Numbered from the stretch's first letter, positions 1 to 7,763 are shown. The stretch: DNA of 11,482 nucleotides from Candidatus Eiseniibacteriota bacterium (GCA_043819135.1 JBDRFG010000057.1:1-11482); one strand, 5' to 3'. Translations and numbers: made by a program. The notes: a model not told the origin generated them from the letters alone.

Positions 1-1
1 C

Positions 2-148
2 GGCCAGGCGATCCGCCAGCTCGAGCAGGCGAGAATGGACCCCAACTGGAAGAGCCACGCCAATCGAGAGATCGAGCGGCAGAACCAGCTGATCGAGGCC
101 GCGCAGCTGGCCAAGCGCAGGGGCATCTGGGACGATCCCGATAGCTAG
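2..148 (+). CDS. 3' end of a CDS truncated by the window edge; helical C-terminus, function not assignable
   Basis: Frame 2 is open from base 2 (GQAIRQLEQARMDPNWKSHANREIERQNQLIEAAQLAKRRGIWDDPDS) with strong GC3 bias. It ends at TAG 146-148, followed by a second TAG at 149-151. Not in the ORF track because the start is missing. Confidence 0.7.
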   Translation, partial: GQAIRQLEQARMDPNWKSHANREIERQNQLIEAAQLAKRRGIWDDPDS

Positions 149-231
149 TAGCGAGGGGCGTGATCGTGATCCGGGACGGTTCTCCTCGCGAGACCGAGCG
201 TTCGCCCGGCGTTACCGACATGCGAAAACGG

Positions 232-259
232 GCGGCCGGCCTCACTGAAGGCCGGCCGC
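232..259. other. Perfect 11-bp inverted repeat (possible terminator or leader hairpin)
   Basis: GCGGCCGGCCT (232-242), loop CACTGA, AGGCCGGCCGC (249-259). No U-tract on the + strand; AAAA lies just upstream. Confidence 0.5.
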
Positions 260-291
260 ACTACGAGTTGCACGTGAAGGGGGTGAAGACG

Positions 292-1461
292 GTGAGTGTC
301 GTCTACATGGACCACAACGCGACAACGCCCATGGATCCTCTGGTGCTCGAGGCGATGCTGCCCTACTTCGGCGAGAGCTACGGCAACCCGTCCAGTCCGT
401 ACGAACTGGCTCGTGGTACGCGTCTCGCAGTGGAAGAAGCCAGGGAGACGGTGGCGTCCGCTATGGGATGTACGCCGCGAGAGATAGCCTTCACGAGCGG
501 TGGCACGGAGTCCGACAATACGGCTATCAAAGGCGTGGCGTTCGCCAATCTAGAGCGGCGCGGCCACATCGTCACAACGAGCATCGAGCACCACGCGGTC
601 CTGCACACCGTCGCCTACCTCAGAGATAGATTCGACTTCGACGTGACGTTCGTGGGCGTCGATGCTACTGGGACGGTCGATCCGGCGGAAGTGGAGCGGG
701 CCTGTCGCCCGGACACGGTCCTCGTCTCGGTGATGCTGGCGAACAACGAGGTCGGAACGATTCAGCCGGTCAGGGAGATCGCCGCGCTCGCCAGGGAACG
801 GGGCATCCTCATTCACACGGATGCCGTGCAGGCGGTGGGGAAGGTGCCGGTGAACGTCAACGAACTCGGCGTCGACCTGCTCTCCATGTCCTCACACAAG
901 ATCTACGGTCCGAAGGGCGCGGGATTCCTCTACGTGCGGAAGGGCGTCACGTTCGACCCGCTGTCACACGGGGGCAGCCACGAGTGGAGCGTGCGTGCCG
1001 GAACGGAGAACGTCCCGGGCATCGTGGGGCTCGCCACCGCCGTCAGGCTCGCGGTTGAGGCCATCCCACAGGAGAGCGTGCGTCTCAACGACCTGACCAC
1101 TCGCCTGGAGGATGGCATCGTCGGCGCGGTCCCCGAGGTCTCCGTCAACGGACACCCGACGAACAGGCTTCCCGGCACGCTGAACGTCGCGATTCGATAC
1201 GTCGAGGGTGAGAGTATCGTCCTTGCGCTCGACATGGAGGGCATCGCCGTGTCGACCGGCTCGGCGTGTACTACGGACTCCGCCGAACCGTCACACGTCC
1301 TGTCGGCGATGGGAGTTCCTGCGAACGTCGCGCAGGGGTCGGTCAGATTCGGGCTGGGACGTTCCACTACACGCGCCGACGTCGCCAGGGTTCTTGCCGT
1401 CTTGCCAGGTGTCATCGAACGCCTGCGTTCCATCTCGCCGCTCTATCACCGGAAGGGATAA
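292..1461 (+). CDS. iscS: PLP-dependent cysteine desulfurase, NifS/IscS group I (about 389 aa)
   Basis: Motifs VYMDHNATTP, YGNPSS, FTSGGTESDN, IEHHAV, HTDAVQAVGK, SSHKIYGPKG (PLP lysine), RAGTENVPGI, STGSACT (catalytic Cys) and C-terminal RLRSISPL. Start moved from 160 to GTG 292, which follows an SD-like AAGGGGGT and sits just before the conserved N-terminus. Confidence 0.95.
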   Translation: MSVVYMDHNATTPMDPLVLEAMLPYFGESYGNPSSPYELARGTRLAVEEARETVASAMGCTPREIAFTSGGTESDNTAIKGVAFANLERRGHIVTTSIEHHAVLHTVAYLRDRFDFDVTFVGVDATGTVDPAEVERACRPDTVLVSVMLANNEVGTIQPVREIAALARERGILIHTDAVQAVGKVPVNVNELGVDLLSMSSHKIYGPKGAGFLYVRKGVTFDPLSHGGSHEWSVRAGTENVPGIVGLATAVRLAVEAIPQESVRLNDLTTRLEDGIVGAVPEVSVNGHPTNRLPGTLNVAIRYVEGESIVLALDMEGIAVSTGSACTTDSAEPSHVLSAMGVPANVAQGSVRFGLGRSTTRADVARVLAVLPGVIERLRSISPLYHRKG

Positions 1462-1466
1462 CCACG

Positions 1467-2429
1467 ATGCGCTGGGTGGCTCTGGCGGCGCTCTGCGTCG
1501 CTGTCGCGCTCTTTTCAGTCTCGGACGCCGCGTCGCGCGACGACGAAACGACGCGGCTGCGGGCCACTGAGGGTGACATCACGGTCCTCTACCGACTTGA
1601 GGACGAGCGTCCGGCCGCCCGGGTTCTTGAGGTGGCCGCGTCCCGCGGAAGCGCGGTGGCGCTCCGAGCCGGCCTGTCCCGGCTCGGTCCGGTCAGAATA
1701 TACATTGCCTCGACGAACGAGGAGTTCCGGGCTCTCACCTACGGGGGTGTCCCGGACTGGGGAGCGGGTTGCGCGTTTCCTGACCGCGGTGTAGTAGTAC
1801 TGAGAAACCCGGTGACCGTCCCGGACCCGCTGAGCATGGAGGATGTTGTCGTGCACGAGCTCGCCCACGTGGCGGCGGGTCGCGTCCTCGGTGAAGTCCG
1901 TGTTCCGCGGTGGTTCCACGAGGGCATTGCGATGACGCTGGCGGGGGAGTGGCGGCTGCCCGGTTCGTCGACTCTGGCGGCCGCGGGGGCAAGCGGCGAG
2001 CTGATCCCACTGGGCGAACTCGACGCCTCGTTCCCGGCGGGCTCGGCCGACGCCATGTTGGCCTACTCCGAGAGTTTCTATGCGGTTCGCTTCCTGATGG
2101 AGGAGGCGGGGCCGGCGACGCCGGCGGAGCTTCTTCTCGGGATCGCGTCCTCAGGAAGCTTCGACGAGGGCCTGCAGACGCTGTGCGGGCGTATCCTTCC
2201 GGACTTCGAGCGTGACGCGGTGGCGTCCTTCCGACGCCGCTTCGGGTGGGGCGTCTTCCTCTCGCGCTGGAACGTGCTGTTCGTGGGGCTTTCGCTTCTT
2301 CTTCTCACCGGGGGCGCGGTGCGACTTGCCCGCTCTCACAGGCGGCTCAGAGAGTGGGAGGCGGCGGAGCGCGGAAGCTCCATTGGCGGCGGGCGCGCGG
2401 GTCGCGATTCGCAGTCCGGATGGAGCTAG
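1467..2429 (+). CDS. Exported, membrane-anchored zinc metallopeptidase (peptidase MA-like gluzincin), about 320 aa
   Basis: ATG 1467 lies 5 nt after the iscS stop with SD-like GAAGGGA. Signal peptide MRWVALAALCVAVALFSVSDA; VVHELAH (HEXXH) followed by PRWFHEGIA (third-ligand Glu); LAYSES; C-terminal hydrophobic helix VLFVGLSLLLLTGGAV followed by an Arg-rich tail. Confidence 0.85.
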   Translation: MRWVALAALCVAVALFSVSDAASRDDETTRLRATEGDITVLYRLEDERPAARVLEVAASRGSAVALRAGLSRLGPVRIYIASTNEEFRALTYGGVPDWGAGCAFPDRGVVVLRNPVTVPDPLSMEDVVVHELAHVAAGRVLGEVRVPRWFHEGIAMTLAGEWRLPGSSTLAAAGASGELIPLGELDASFPAGSADAMLAYSESFYAVRFLMEEAGPATPAELLLGIASSGSFDEGLQTLCGRILPDFERDAVASFRRRFGWGVFLSRWNVLFVGLSLLLLTGGAVRLARSHRRLREWEAAERGSSIGGGRAGRDSQSGWS

Positions 2430-2464
2430 ACTGCGGCCGGGGCGTGGTTGAGGGGTGATTCGAT

Positions 2465-2493
2465 TTGACTCCCGGTGAGGGCGTTGCTATACT
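2465..2493 (+). promoter_or_regulatory. sigma70 promoter of the tRNA operon (extended -10, GC-rich discriminator)
   Basis: TTGACT (2465-2470), 17-bp spacer, TATACT (2488-2493) preceded by TGn, then GCCGCGA. Ends 14 nt before the first tRNA. Confidence 0.85.
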
Positions 2494-2507
2494 GCCGCGA
2501 GGAGGTC

Positions 2508-2594
2508 GGAGGGCTAGACCTAATTGGTAAGGCAGCGGTCTTGAAAACCGCCGGGCTTACGCCCTTGGGGGTTCGAGTCCCTCGCCCTCCGCCA
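2508..2594 (+). tRNA. tRNA-Ser (anticodon TGA)
   Basis: Acceptor stem GGAGGGC/GCCCTCC, discriminator G, encoded CCA; anticodon arm GCGGT-CTTGAAA-ACCGC; long variable arm GGGC-TTAC-GCCC; T-loop GTTCGAGTC. Confidence 0.95.
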
Positions 2595-2623
2595 TTCTGT
2601 GTCTTTGAGAGCCGTTTTCGATC

Positions 2624-2714
<91 letters not shown>

Positions 2715-2723
2715 ACATCAGGA

Positions 2724-2800
2724 GCGCCCATAGCTCAATTGGATAGAGCGTCTGGCTACGGACCAGAAGGTTGGGGGTTCGAGTCCTCCTGGGCGTACCA
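2724..2800 (+). tRNA. tRNA-Arg (anticodon ACG)
   Basis: Acceptor stem GCGCCCA/TGGGCGT plus ACCA; D-arm GCTC...GAGC; anticodon arm TCTGG-CTACGGA-CCAGA; GTTCGAGTC. Confidence 0.97.
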
Positions 2801-2803
2801 AGA

Positions 2804-2833
2804 GCGCCTCCTCTCCGCCGGGAGAGGGGGCGC
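2804..2833 (+). terminator. Strong hairpin just after the tRNA operon; probable terminator or processing stem
   Basis: GCGCCTCCTCTCC-GCCG-GGAGAGGGGGCGC forms a 13-bp stem with one G:U pair. There is no canonical U-tract (ATCCTAC follows). Confidence 0.55.
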
Positions 2834-2915
2834 ATCCTACGTGCGCGTGGGGCAGTCCGTACGAGGCCGGAGGCCCCGGAATCCGCAAGTCCGCCTGCCG
2901 GACCCCGTTTAGGTA

Positions 2916-2944
2916 TTGCGCCGCGCGGCGGCGTCTGCTATCAG
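2916..2944 (+). promoter_or_regulatory. Candidate sigma70 promoter for the lipoprotein gene
   Basis: TTGCGC (2916-2921), 17-bp spacer, TATCAG (2939-2944) preceded by TGn; about 50 nt upstream of the SD (GGAGG) and ATG. Confidence 0.4.
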
Positions 2945-2992
2945 GTGGTTGAAGGGAAGGACGGTGGAAACCGAAACAGGGGAGGACCAACG

Positions 2993-4207
2993 ATGAAGAC
3001 GCTGCGTCCATTCGTTCTGCTCGTGTTGATCGGAGTCGTCGCTCTCGTGCTGTCCGGGTGCTCGGAGTCGAACAGCGCCGACGGAGCGCCGACCGCCGAC
3101 GAGCTGTTCTCGCAGGGGGTGACGTACCTGGAGGATGCGATGGCCGACACGGACCTGGACCAGCCGCCCTGGGAATGGGACGTTGACATGGCGGAGGCCA
3201 ACGCCTACTTCGAGGATGCGCTGGACCTCGATCCGGACCATTGCGGAGCGCTGCTACTCGCGGCGATAACGAGGCTCGCGCTCGTGTTCCAGGACCCGGA
3301 TCTCGCGGACATCGTTGAGGGGCTGTTTCCCGATGATGGACGCGGTCCGGACGGCCCAGGTACGTTCCTCTTCCGCGCGCTGCGGAAACCCGATGTCTAC
3401 TCCGTGGCAAGACGTCTGATGGCGTCCGGCAGGGACGAGCTTCCTTTCTCCGAGCTGCAGGACTTCATCGAGGCCGAGGTTCTCCCGGCTCTGGATTACG
3501 CCGACGGCAATCTGGCGCAGTTCGAGGACCAGGACTGTATCGTGCTGCTCTATATCGAGGTGGAGGCGAAGCGCGAGGCGGTCGAGATAGAGATCGACGT
3601 TTCGGACGTCTACCTCATGCACGCGCCGCTCGACGTGCTTCAGGCGATGCTCTACATGACGGTGAGTTACGACGTGGACACCGAGGCGGGTCAGAGCCTT
3701 GAGGAACTCATCGACGAGGATCCTGATTTCCTCAGTCTGAGACCAGGGGATCACATGGCGTCCGCCTACGCGGAGCTCTTCGAGATGGGAGACCATCTGA
3801 GCGACGGCGCCTGGTCTCTGGCGAACGAGTCCGACCCACAGGACACGGACCTCTTCACGAACAGCGACGACGACGGATGGATCCCGCTCGGGGCGGGCTT
3901 CGCCGACACCCTGTCTTCGATCGCGGAGGAGATACACGACGCTCTGCTGTACGGGTTGAGCTTCAACCCGGCGGAGGACACGGGTGAGCCCGGCGCGCCG
4001 GACATCGACATACTTGTCGATCTTGAGGAGCTCTTCACTGACCCACTCGACCCGGTAACGGACTACTTCCCGGCACACACCTGGCTGGACTCGATGAACA
4101 TGAACGTCACGGATCCCATCGACTTCCCGGACCCGACCTTCAGCGACATCACGCCGGGAATGACCGACAACGACTGGGGCGACATCTTCGACTGGCTCGA
4201 CGAGTAG
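2993..4207 (+). CDS. Uncharacterised, highly acidic lipoprotein with an N-terminal TPR-like helical segment (about 404 aa)
   Basis: SD GGGGAGG then ATG 2993. Signal peptide MKTLRPFVLLVLIGVVALVLSG/C with lipobox LSGC; TPR-like AEANAYFEDALDLDPDHCGA; ends TAG TAG. The longer ORF call from 2771 overlaps tRNA-Arg and is rejected. Confidence 0.85.
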   Translation: MKTLRPFVLLVLIGVVALVLSGCSESNSADGAPTADELFSQGVTYLEDAMADTDLDQPPWEWDVDMAEANAYFEDALDLDPDHCGALLLAAITRLALVFQDPDLADIVEGLFPDDGRGPDGPGTFLFRALRKPDVYSVARRLMASGRDELPFSELQDFIEAEVLPALDYADGNLAQFEDQDCIVLLYIEVEAKREAVEIEIDVSDVYLMHAPLDVLQAMLYMTVSYDVDTEAGQSLEELIDEDPDFLSLRPGDHMASAYAELFEMGDHLSDGAWSLANESDPQDTDLFTNSDDDGWIPLGAGFADTLSSIAEEIHDALLYGLSFNPAEDTGEPGAPDIDILVDLEELFTDPLDPVTDYFPAHTWLDSMNMNVTDPIDFPDPTFSDITPGMTDNDWGDIFDWLDE

Positions 4208-4282
4208 TAGCAGGACAGCGGTACTGCCGGGCCGGCGCCGGGCGGAGCTCTGGGCGGCGAATCGGCCAATACGTGCGTTTAG

Positions 4283-4312
4283 GGACGCGGACATTGCAGT
4301 ATGTCCGCGTCC
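4283..4312. other. Perfect 12-bp inverted repeat (terminator-like hairpin or protein-binding palindrome)
   Basis: GGACGCGGACAT-TGCAGT-ATGTCCGCGTCC, extendable outward through TGCGT/GCGCA with a bulge. Confidence 0.55.
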
Positions 4313-4424
4313 TGCGCATTTGGGGCACACGGGCGCCCCGGTCTGGGAAACAGGGCCCCGGAGGGGCCATATCGCGTAGATTGAACCCCACCGGCCCTTG
4401 ACAATGTGCGCCGGTCACGCAATT

Positions 4425-4441
4425 CAGGCACGAACTCTGCT
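4425..4441 (+). promoter_or_regulatory. Candidate sigma54 (-24/-12) promoter upstream of the Mre11/Rad50-like pair
   Basis: CAGGCACGAACTCTGCT against consensus YTGGCACGRNNNTTGCW: two mismatches, exact GG-N10-GC spacing (GG 4427-4428, GC 4439-4440), 70 nt upstream of the start codon. Confidence 0.5.
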
Positions 4442-4511
4442 TACTTCCGTAGCAGGGTAGTTCCCGAATCGACGAGACACACGACCTGGTGGCTCCTTCG
4501 CTGGAGGTTCC

Positions 4512-5648
4512 GTGCCCATCATCATCCATACGTCCGACGCTCACCTCGGCGCTCCGCTCGGCTGGCTCGGCCCACGAGCCGCGGAGCAGCGCGAGGAACT
4601 CAGACGAACCGTGAGCAAGATCGTTGACCTGGTCATCGACCAGCACGCCGACGCGCTGGTGGTCGCGGGCGACCTGTTTCACTCGAACAACCCTTCGGCC
4701 GCCACCGTGCGCTTCGTACTGAGGGAGTTCTCGCGACTGACGAGCGAATCGAGGGCGAGCGTGATTCTGCTTCCGGGGTCCCACGATTCCCTCGGTATCG
4801 AGTCGGTCTACACGAGCTACCGATCGGAGTTCGGGAGGCTGGAGCGAGTGTCGGTGCTCGGTCTTGATGGCGTCGACTCGGTGGTGGTTGAACACGCGGG
4901 ACTCAGGATCCATGGCGACCCGCGCTGGAACCAGCGTCTCGATGACAACGCGTCAGGGCTGATGCCGGACCCGGAGTTTGCTTTCAACGTGGCGGTCATG
5001 CACTGCTCCGCCGACGACGGTGAGAACGAGGATGGCGGGCCCATATCGGCCGGCGACCTGCCGGCAGGGGACTGGTCCTATTACGCGCTCGGACATCAGC
5101 GGTCGTGGCATGAGGTCGAGGGCACGAGCGGCCCGGCCGTCTACCCAGGGTCGCCCGAACTCGTGGCGGTCGAGGGTGGCGGACAGGGCCACGTGGCACG
5201 AGTCGAGCTCAGGGCGAGCGGCGCGATCGTGACAAGGGTCCGGGTGGGCGCCAGAAGCGTCATCGAAGCAAGGGTGGAGGTGACGGGCGCATCCGACTCC
5301 TTCTCGATCTCGCAGCGCGTTCGCCAGCAGGCGCTGTCGAATCCGAACGCCGTGCTTCGCCTGGTGCTGACCGGACTGACCTCAGCGGAGTCCGGGATCG
5401 ACGACGGGGACCTCATTGAGGAGCTGTCGAACGACTACTTCTTCGTCTGCCCTCCGGTCAGGGATTACCACGTTAAGGTCAGCGACCAGGATCTGGCACA
5501 ACTGCCTGAGCGTCTCGTCGTGGGGAGATTCGCAAGGCACATGAAATCGAGACTCGAGGAGACTGAGAGCGAGGAGGAGCGCCAGGAGATCGAGGACGCG
5601 CTCCAGCTCGGCGTCGCGCTCCTCCAGGGAAAGGACGTCATAGGATGA
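4512..5648 (+). CDS. Mre11/SbcD (YhaO-like) calcineurin-like metallophosphoesterase with a partly degenerate metal site
   Basis: SD GGAGG then GTG 4512. Motifs HTSDAHLG, AGDLFH, PGSHD, VMHCS, YYALGHQR and YPGSPE, followed by a capping domain (LRLVLTG) and C-terminal helices. Confidence 0.88.
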   Translation: MPIIIHTSDAHLGAPLGWLGPRAAEQREELRRTVSKIVDLVIDQHADALVVAGDLFHSNNPSAATVRFVLREFSRLTSESRASVILLPGSHDSLGIESVYTSYRSEFGRLERVSVLGLDGVDSVVVEHAGLRIHGDPRWNQRLDDNASGLMPDPEFAFNVAVMHCSADDGENEDGGPISAGDLPAGDWSYYALGHQRSWHEVEGTSGPAVYPGSPELVAVEGGGQGHVARVELRASGAIVTRVRVGARSVIEARVEVTGASDSFSISQRVRQQALSNPNAVLRLVLTGLTSAESGIDDGDLIEELSNDYFFVCPPVRDYHVKVSDQDLAQLPERLVVGRFARHMKSRLEETESEEERQEIEDALQLGVALLQGKDVIG

Positions 5649-7762
5649 GAATCCGACGCCTGAGACTGGTCAACTTCAAGCGCTTCGCCGATCATGAGAT
5701 CGTGCTGGAGCCTGGGCTCAATCTCATCGTTGGGCCGAACGAGTCTGGGAAGAGCAGCATCGCCGAGGCTCTTTCGACGGTGCTGTTCGCCGACCCGGCC
5801 TCCAGGGCGGATTCCGTGAGGTCTCTCGAGCGGTGGGGCGGCACCGGCGGGATGCGGCTCGAACTCGACTTCGAGCAGGGCACGGACAGCTACAGGCTTA
5901 CCAAGGACTTCGGCTCCGGTCTGGCGGAGCTGGCCCGACGCACCGAGGGTGACGTCATCGCGGACCGCGCGGAGATCGACCAGGTCATCGCCAGACTGGT
6001 GGGCTTCGAAACGCGGGAGGCCTTCGAATCGATCGCCTCGGTGTATCAGGACGACCTCGCCTCGCTCGGGGGACGGGGCGGAGAGGCCCGCCGCGGCGCC
6101 CTCGTGCCGCTGATCGAGCGGAAGATGACCAGCTCGAGTGGCAGGGTGGACGCCACCCGTGTTGTCGACACCATCGGAAAGCGTATGGAGCGCCTGAGGG
6201 TGGGAACGGACCGCCCGGCGAAGCATCCGGGTCCGCTCAAACGGCTGCTTGATCGCCGGGACGAGCTGCAGCCGAGAGCCGCCGTCATCCGGAAGCGCTG
6301 GGACGAGACGCAGAGGATCAGGAGTGAGCTCGCGCGGACCACGGAGGAAGTGGGGGTAGCCGCGAAGGAACTCGCGTATCTCGACGAGACCTTTCTCAAT
6401 GAAGAGACCAGAAGAGGGCAGCAGGAGGAGCTTGGGCGCCTGAGAACCGCGTTCGATGAGCGTGCCGCCAAGATCGGCCGCATCCGGAAGCTACGCGGCG
6501 ACGTGGCGGACGCCTGGGACGCTCTGGTTCAGGGGTCGCGTGAGCAGGAGAAGGAGGCGATCTCCGCCAAGGCCGCTCTGGACGCCCTGGACGACAGGGT
6601 CGTGACGCTGAAGAGTCTCGTTCCTGGGGAGAAAAGCCCGCAGGAGCTGAAGCCGGGTGTCCCGGTCGCGATCGTTGGCGCGGCCGCTATCGCTTCGATC
6701 GCCGTCCCGTTGCTCGTGGAGATGGGAGAGATGGTCAAGTGGGGTCTAATCGCGGGTGGCGTCGGGCTGGGCGCGTGGGGGTTCTTCCTGCTGCGCAAGG
6801 CCGCGCGCATATGGAGCGCCGCGCAGGAGATAAGGGGCGTCCTCCAGGAGAGGAGGAAGCGCGAGACGGTACTGAGCGCGGCGCTTCTGAAACTCGGCAT
6901 ACGCACCTACGGGGGCCTGGAGGAATACGCGGCGGCGCAGGACGAGGCCAGGCGCAACGTCGATGTCTGGAACGCGACGCTCTACGAGGTCTGCGAGGGA
7001 ACCGATCCCGAGTCTGTGGAGAGGGAACTTCAGACCGAGACTGCTTCTCTCGAGAGTCGCATCCTCGAGATGGAGGGTGGCGCGCGCGCGGCCGCCGCAA
7101 GCGGTTCGGTGGTGACGGCTGTCGACGTCTCGAAGCTCCGCGCCGAGCGCGAGGAACTATCGGATCGTGTGAACGAGCTCAGTGACAGCATCAAGCATCG
7201 TGAGGCTCAGCTCGAGAGCATGGAGGTCGACGAGACACTGCCGGACATCGAGGCGGAGATAGAGCACGTGACGAGCGAGATCGCCGGCATCGAACGGCAC
7301 ATCAGGATACTCGGACTCACGAGAGATTCCCTGATGAAGGCCATGGCGAGCGCCAACGAAGAGGCCGCCACCGTGCTCGAACCGATTGTCAATCGTGTGC
7401 TCTCACGGTCAACGCTGGGACGCTACTCGCGAGTGATAATGGCTGACGACCTCGATCTTTCTGTTTCGACGCCGTCGGGCACACCGTCCGCACCGGTCAG
7501 TCTGAGGCCGACGAATCTCAGCAAGGGGACGCTTGACCAGCTGTATTTTGCTGTCCGGTTCGCGCTCCTGGAATTCCTTTCCCCCGGAGACGGCTCACCG
7601 CTTATACTCGACGATGCGCTCGTGCACTGGGATCCCAACAGACGCTCCGCGACGTTGGAGCTTCTGGACGAGATCTCGGAGAAGAGGCAGATTCTGCTCT
7701 TCACCTGCGAGGGCTACGGGAGCGAGTTCGCCGATTCGCTCGTGTTGCTCCCAGGGGCGTAG
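5645..7762 (+). CDS. Rad50/SbcC-like (YhaN-type) SMC-family ATPase with coiled coils and a central hydrophobic hairpin
   Basis: ATGA overlap with the upstream stop. MRIRRLRLVNFKRF; Walker A GPNESGKSS; Q-loop VYQ; long heptad regions; signature LSKG; LYFAVRFA; Walker B/D-loop LILDDALVHWD; QILLFTC. Confidence 0.92.
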   Translation: MRIRRLRLVNFKRFADHEIVLEPGLNLIVGPNESGKSSIAEALSTVLFADPASRADSVRSLERWGGTGGMRLELDFEQGTDSYRLTKDFGSGLAELARRTEGDVIADRAEIDQVIARLVGFETREAFESIASVYQDDLASLGGRGGEARRGALVPLIERKMTSSSGRVDATRVVDTIGKRMERLRVGTDRPAKHPGPLKRLLDRRDELQPRAAVIRKRWDETQRIRSELARTTEEVGVAAKELAYLDETFLNEETRRGQQEELGRLRTAFDERAAKIGRIRKLRGDVADAWDALVQGSREQEKEAISAKAALDALDDRVVTLKSLVPGEKSPQELKPGVPVAIVGAAAIASIAVPLLVEMGEMVKWGLIAGGVGLGAWGFFLLRKAARIWSAAQEIRGVLQERRKRETVLSAALLKLGIRTYGGLEEYAAAQDEARRNVDVWNATLYEVCEGTDPESVERELQTETASLESRILEMEGGARAAAASGSVVTAVDVSKLRAEREELSDRVNELSDSIKHREAQLESMEVDETLPDIEAEIEHVTSEIAGIERHIRILGLTRDSLMKAMASANEEAATVLEPIVNRVLSRSTLGRYSRVIMADDLDLSVSTPSGTPSAPVSLRPTNLSKGTLDQLYFAVRFALLEFLSPGDGSPLILDDALVHWDPNRRSATLELLDEISEKRQILLFTCEGYGSEFADSLVLLPGA

Positions 7763-7763
7763 A

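Noticed and set aside
160..291. N-terminal extension of the desulfurase ORF from GTG 160
   Set aside because: It precedes the conserved family N-terminus, runs through hairpins, and a good SD supports GTG 292.
1266..1466. Upstream extension of the peptidase ORF
   Set aside because: It overlaps the desulfurase C-terminus; the signal peptide starts at ATG 1467.
2508..2594. Possible selenocysteine or suppressor tRNA because of 'TGA'
   Set aside because: The anticodon itself is TGA, which reads UCA (Ser); tRNA-Sec would need TCA and a longer acceptor stem.
3254..4330. Long minus-strand ORFs (3254-4330, also 4149-4913, 5465-6226, 7970-8839, 9187-10281, 10238-11053, 10764-11471)
   Set aside because: Shadow ORFs typical of GC-rich DNA; they overlap well-supported + strand genes and show no recognisable motifs.
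4398..4426. Perfect TTGACA as a sigma70 -35 element (also at 10883-10888)
   Set aside because: No credible -10 hexamer at 16-18 bp spacing in either case.
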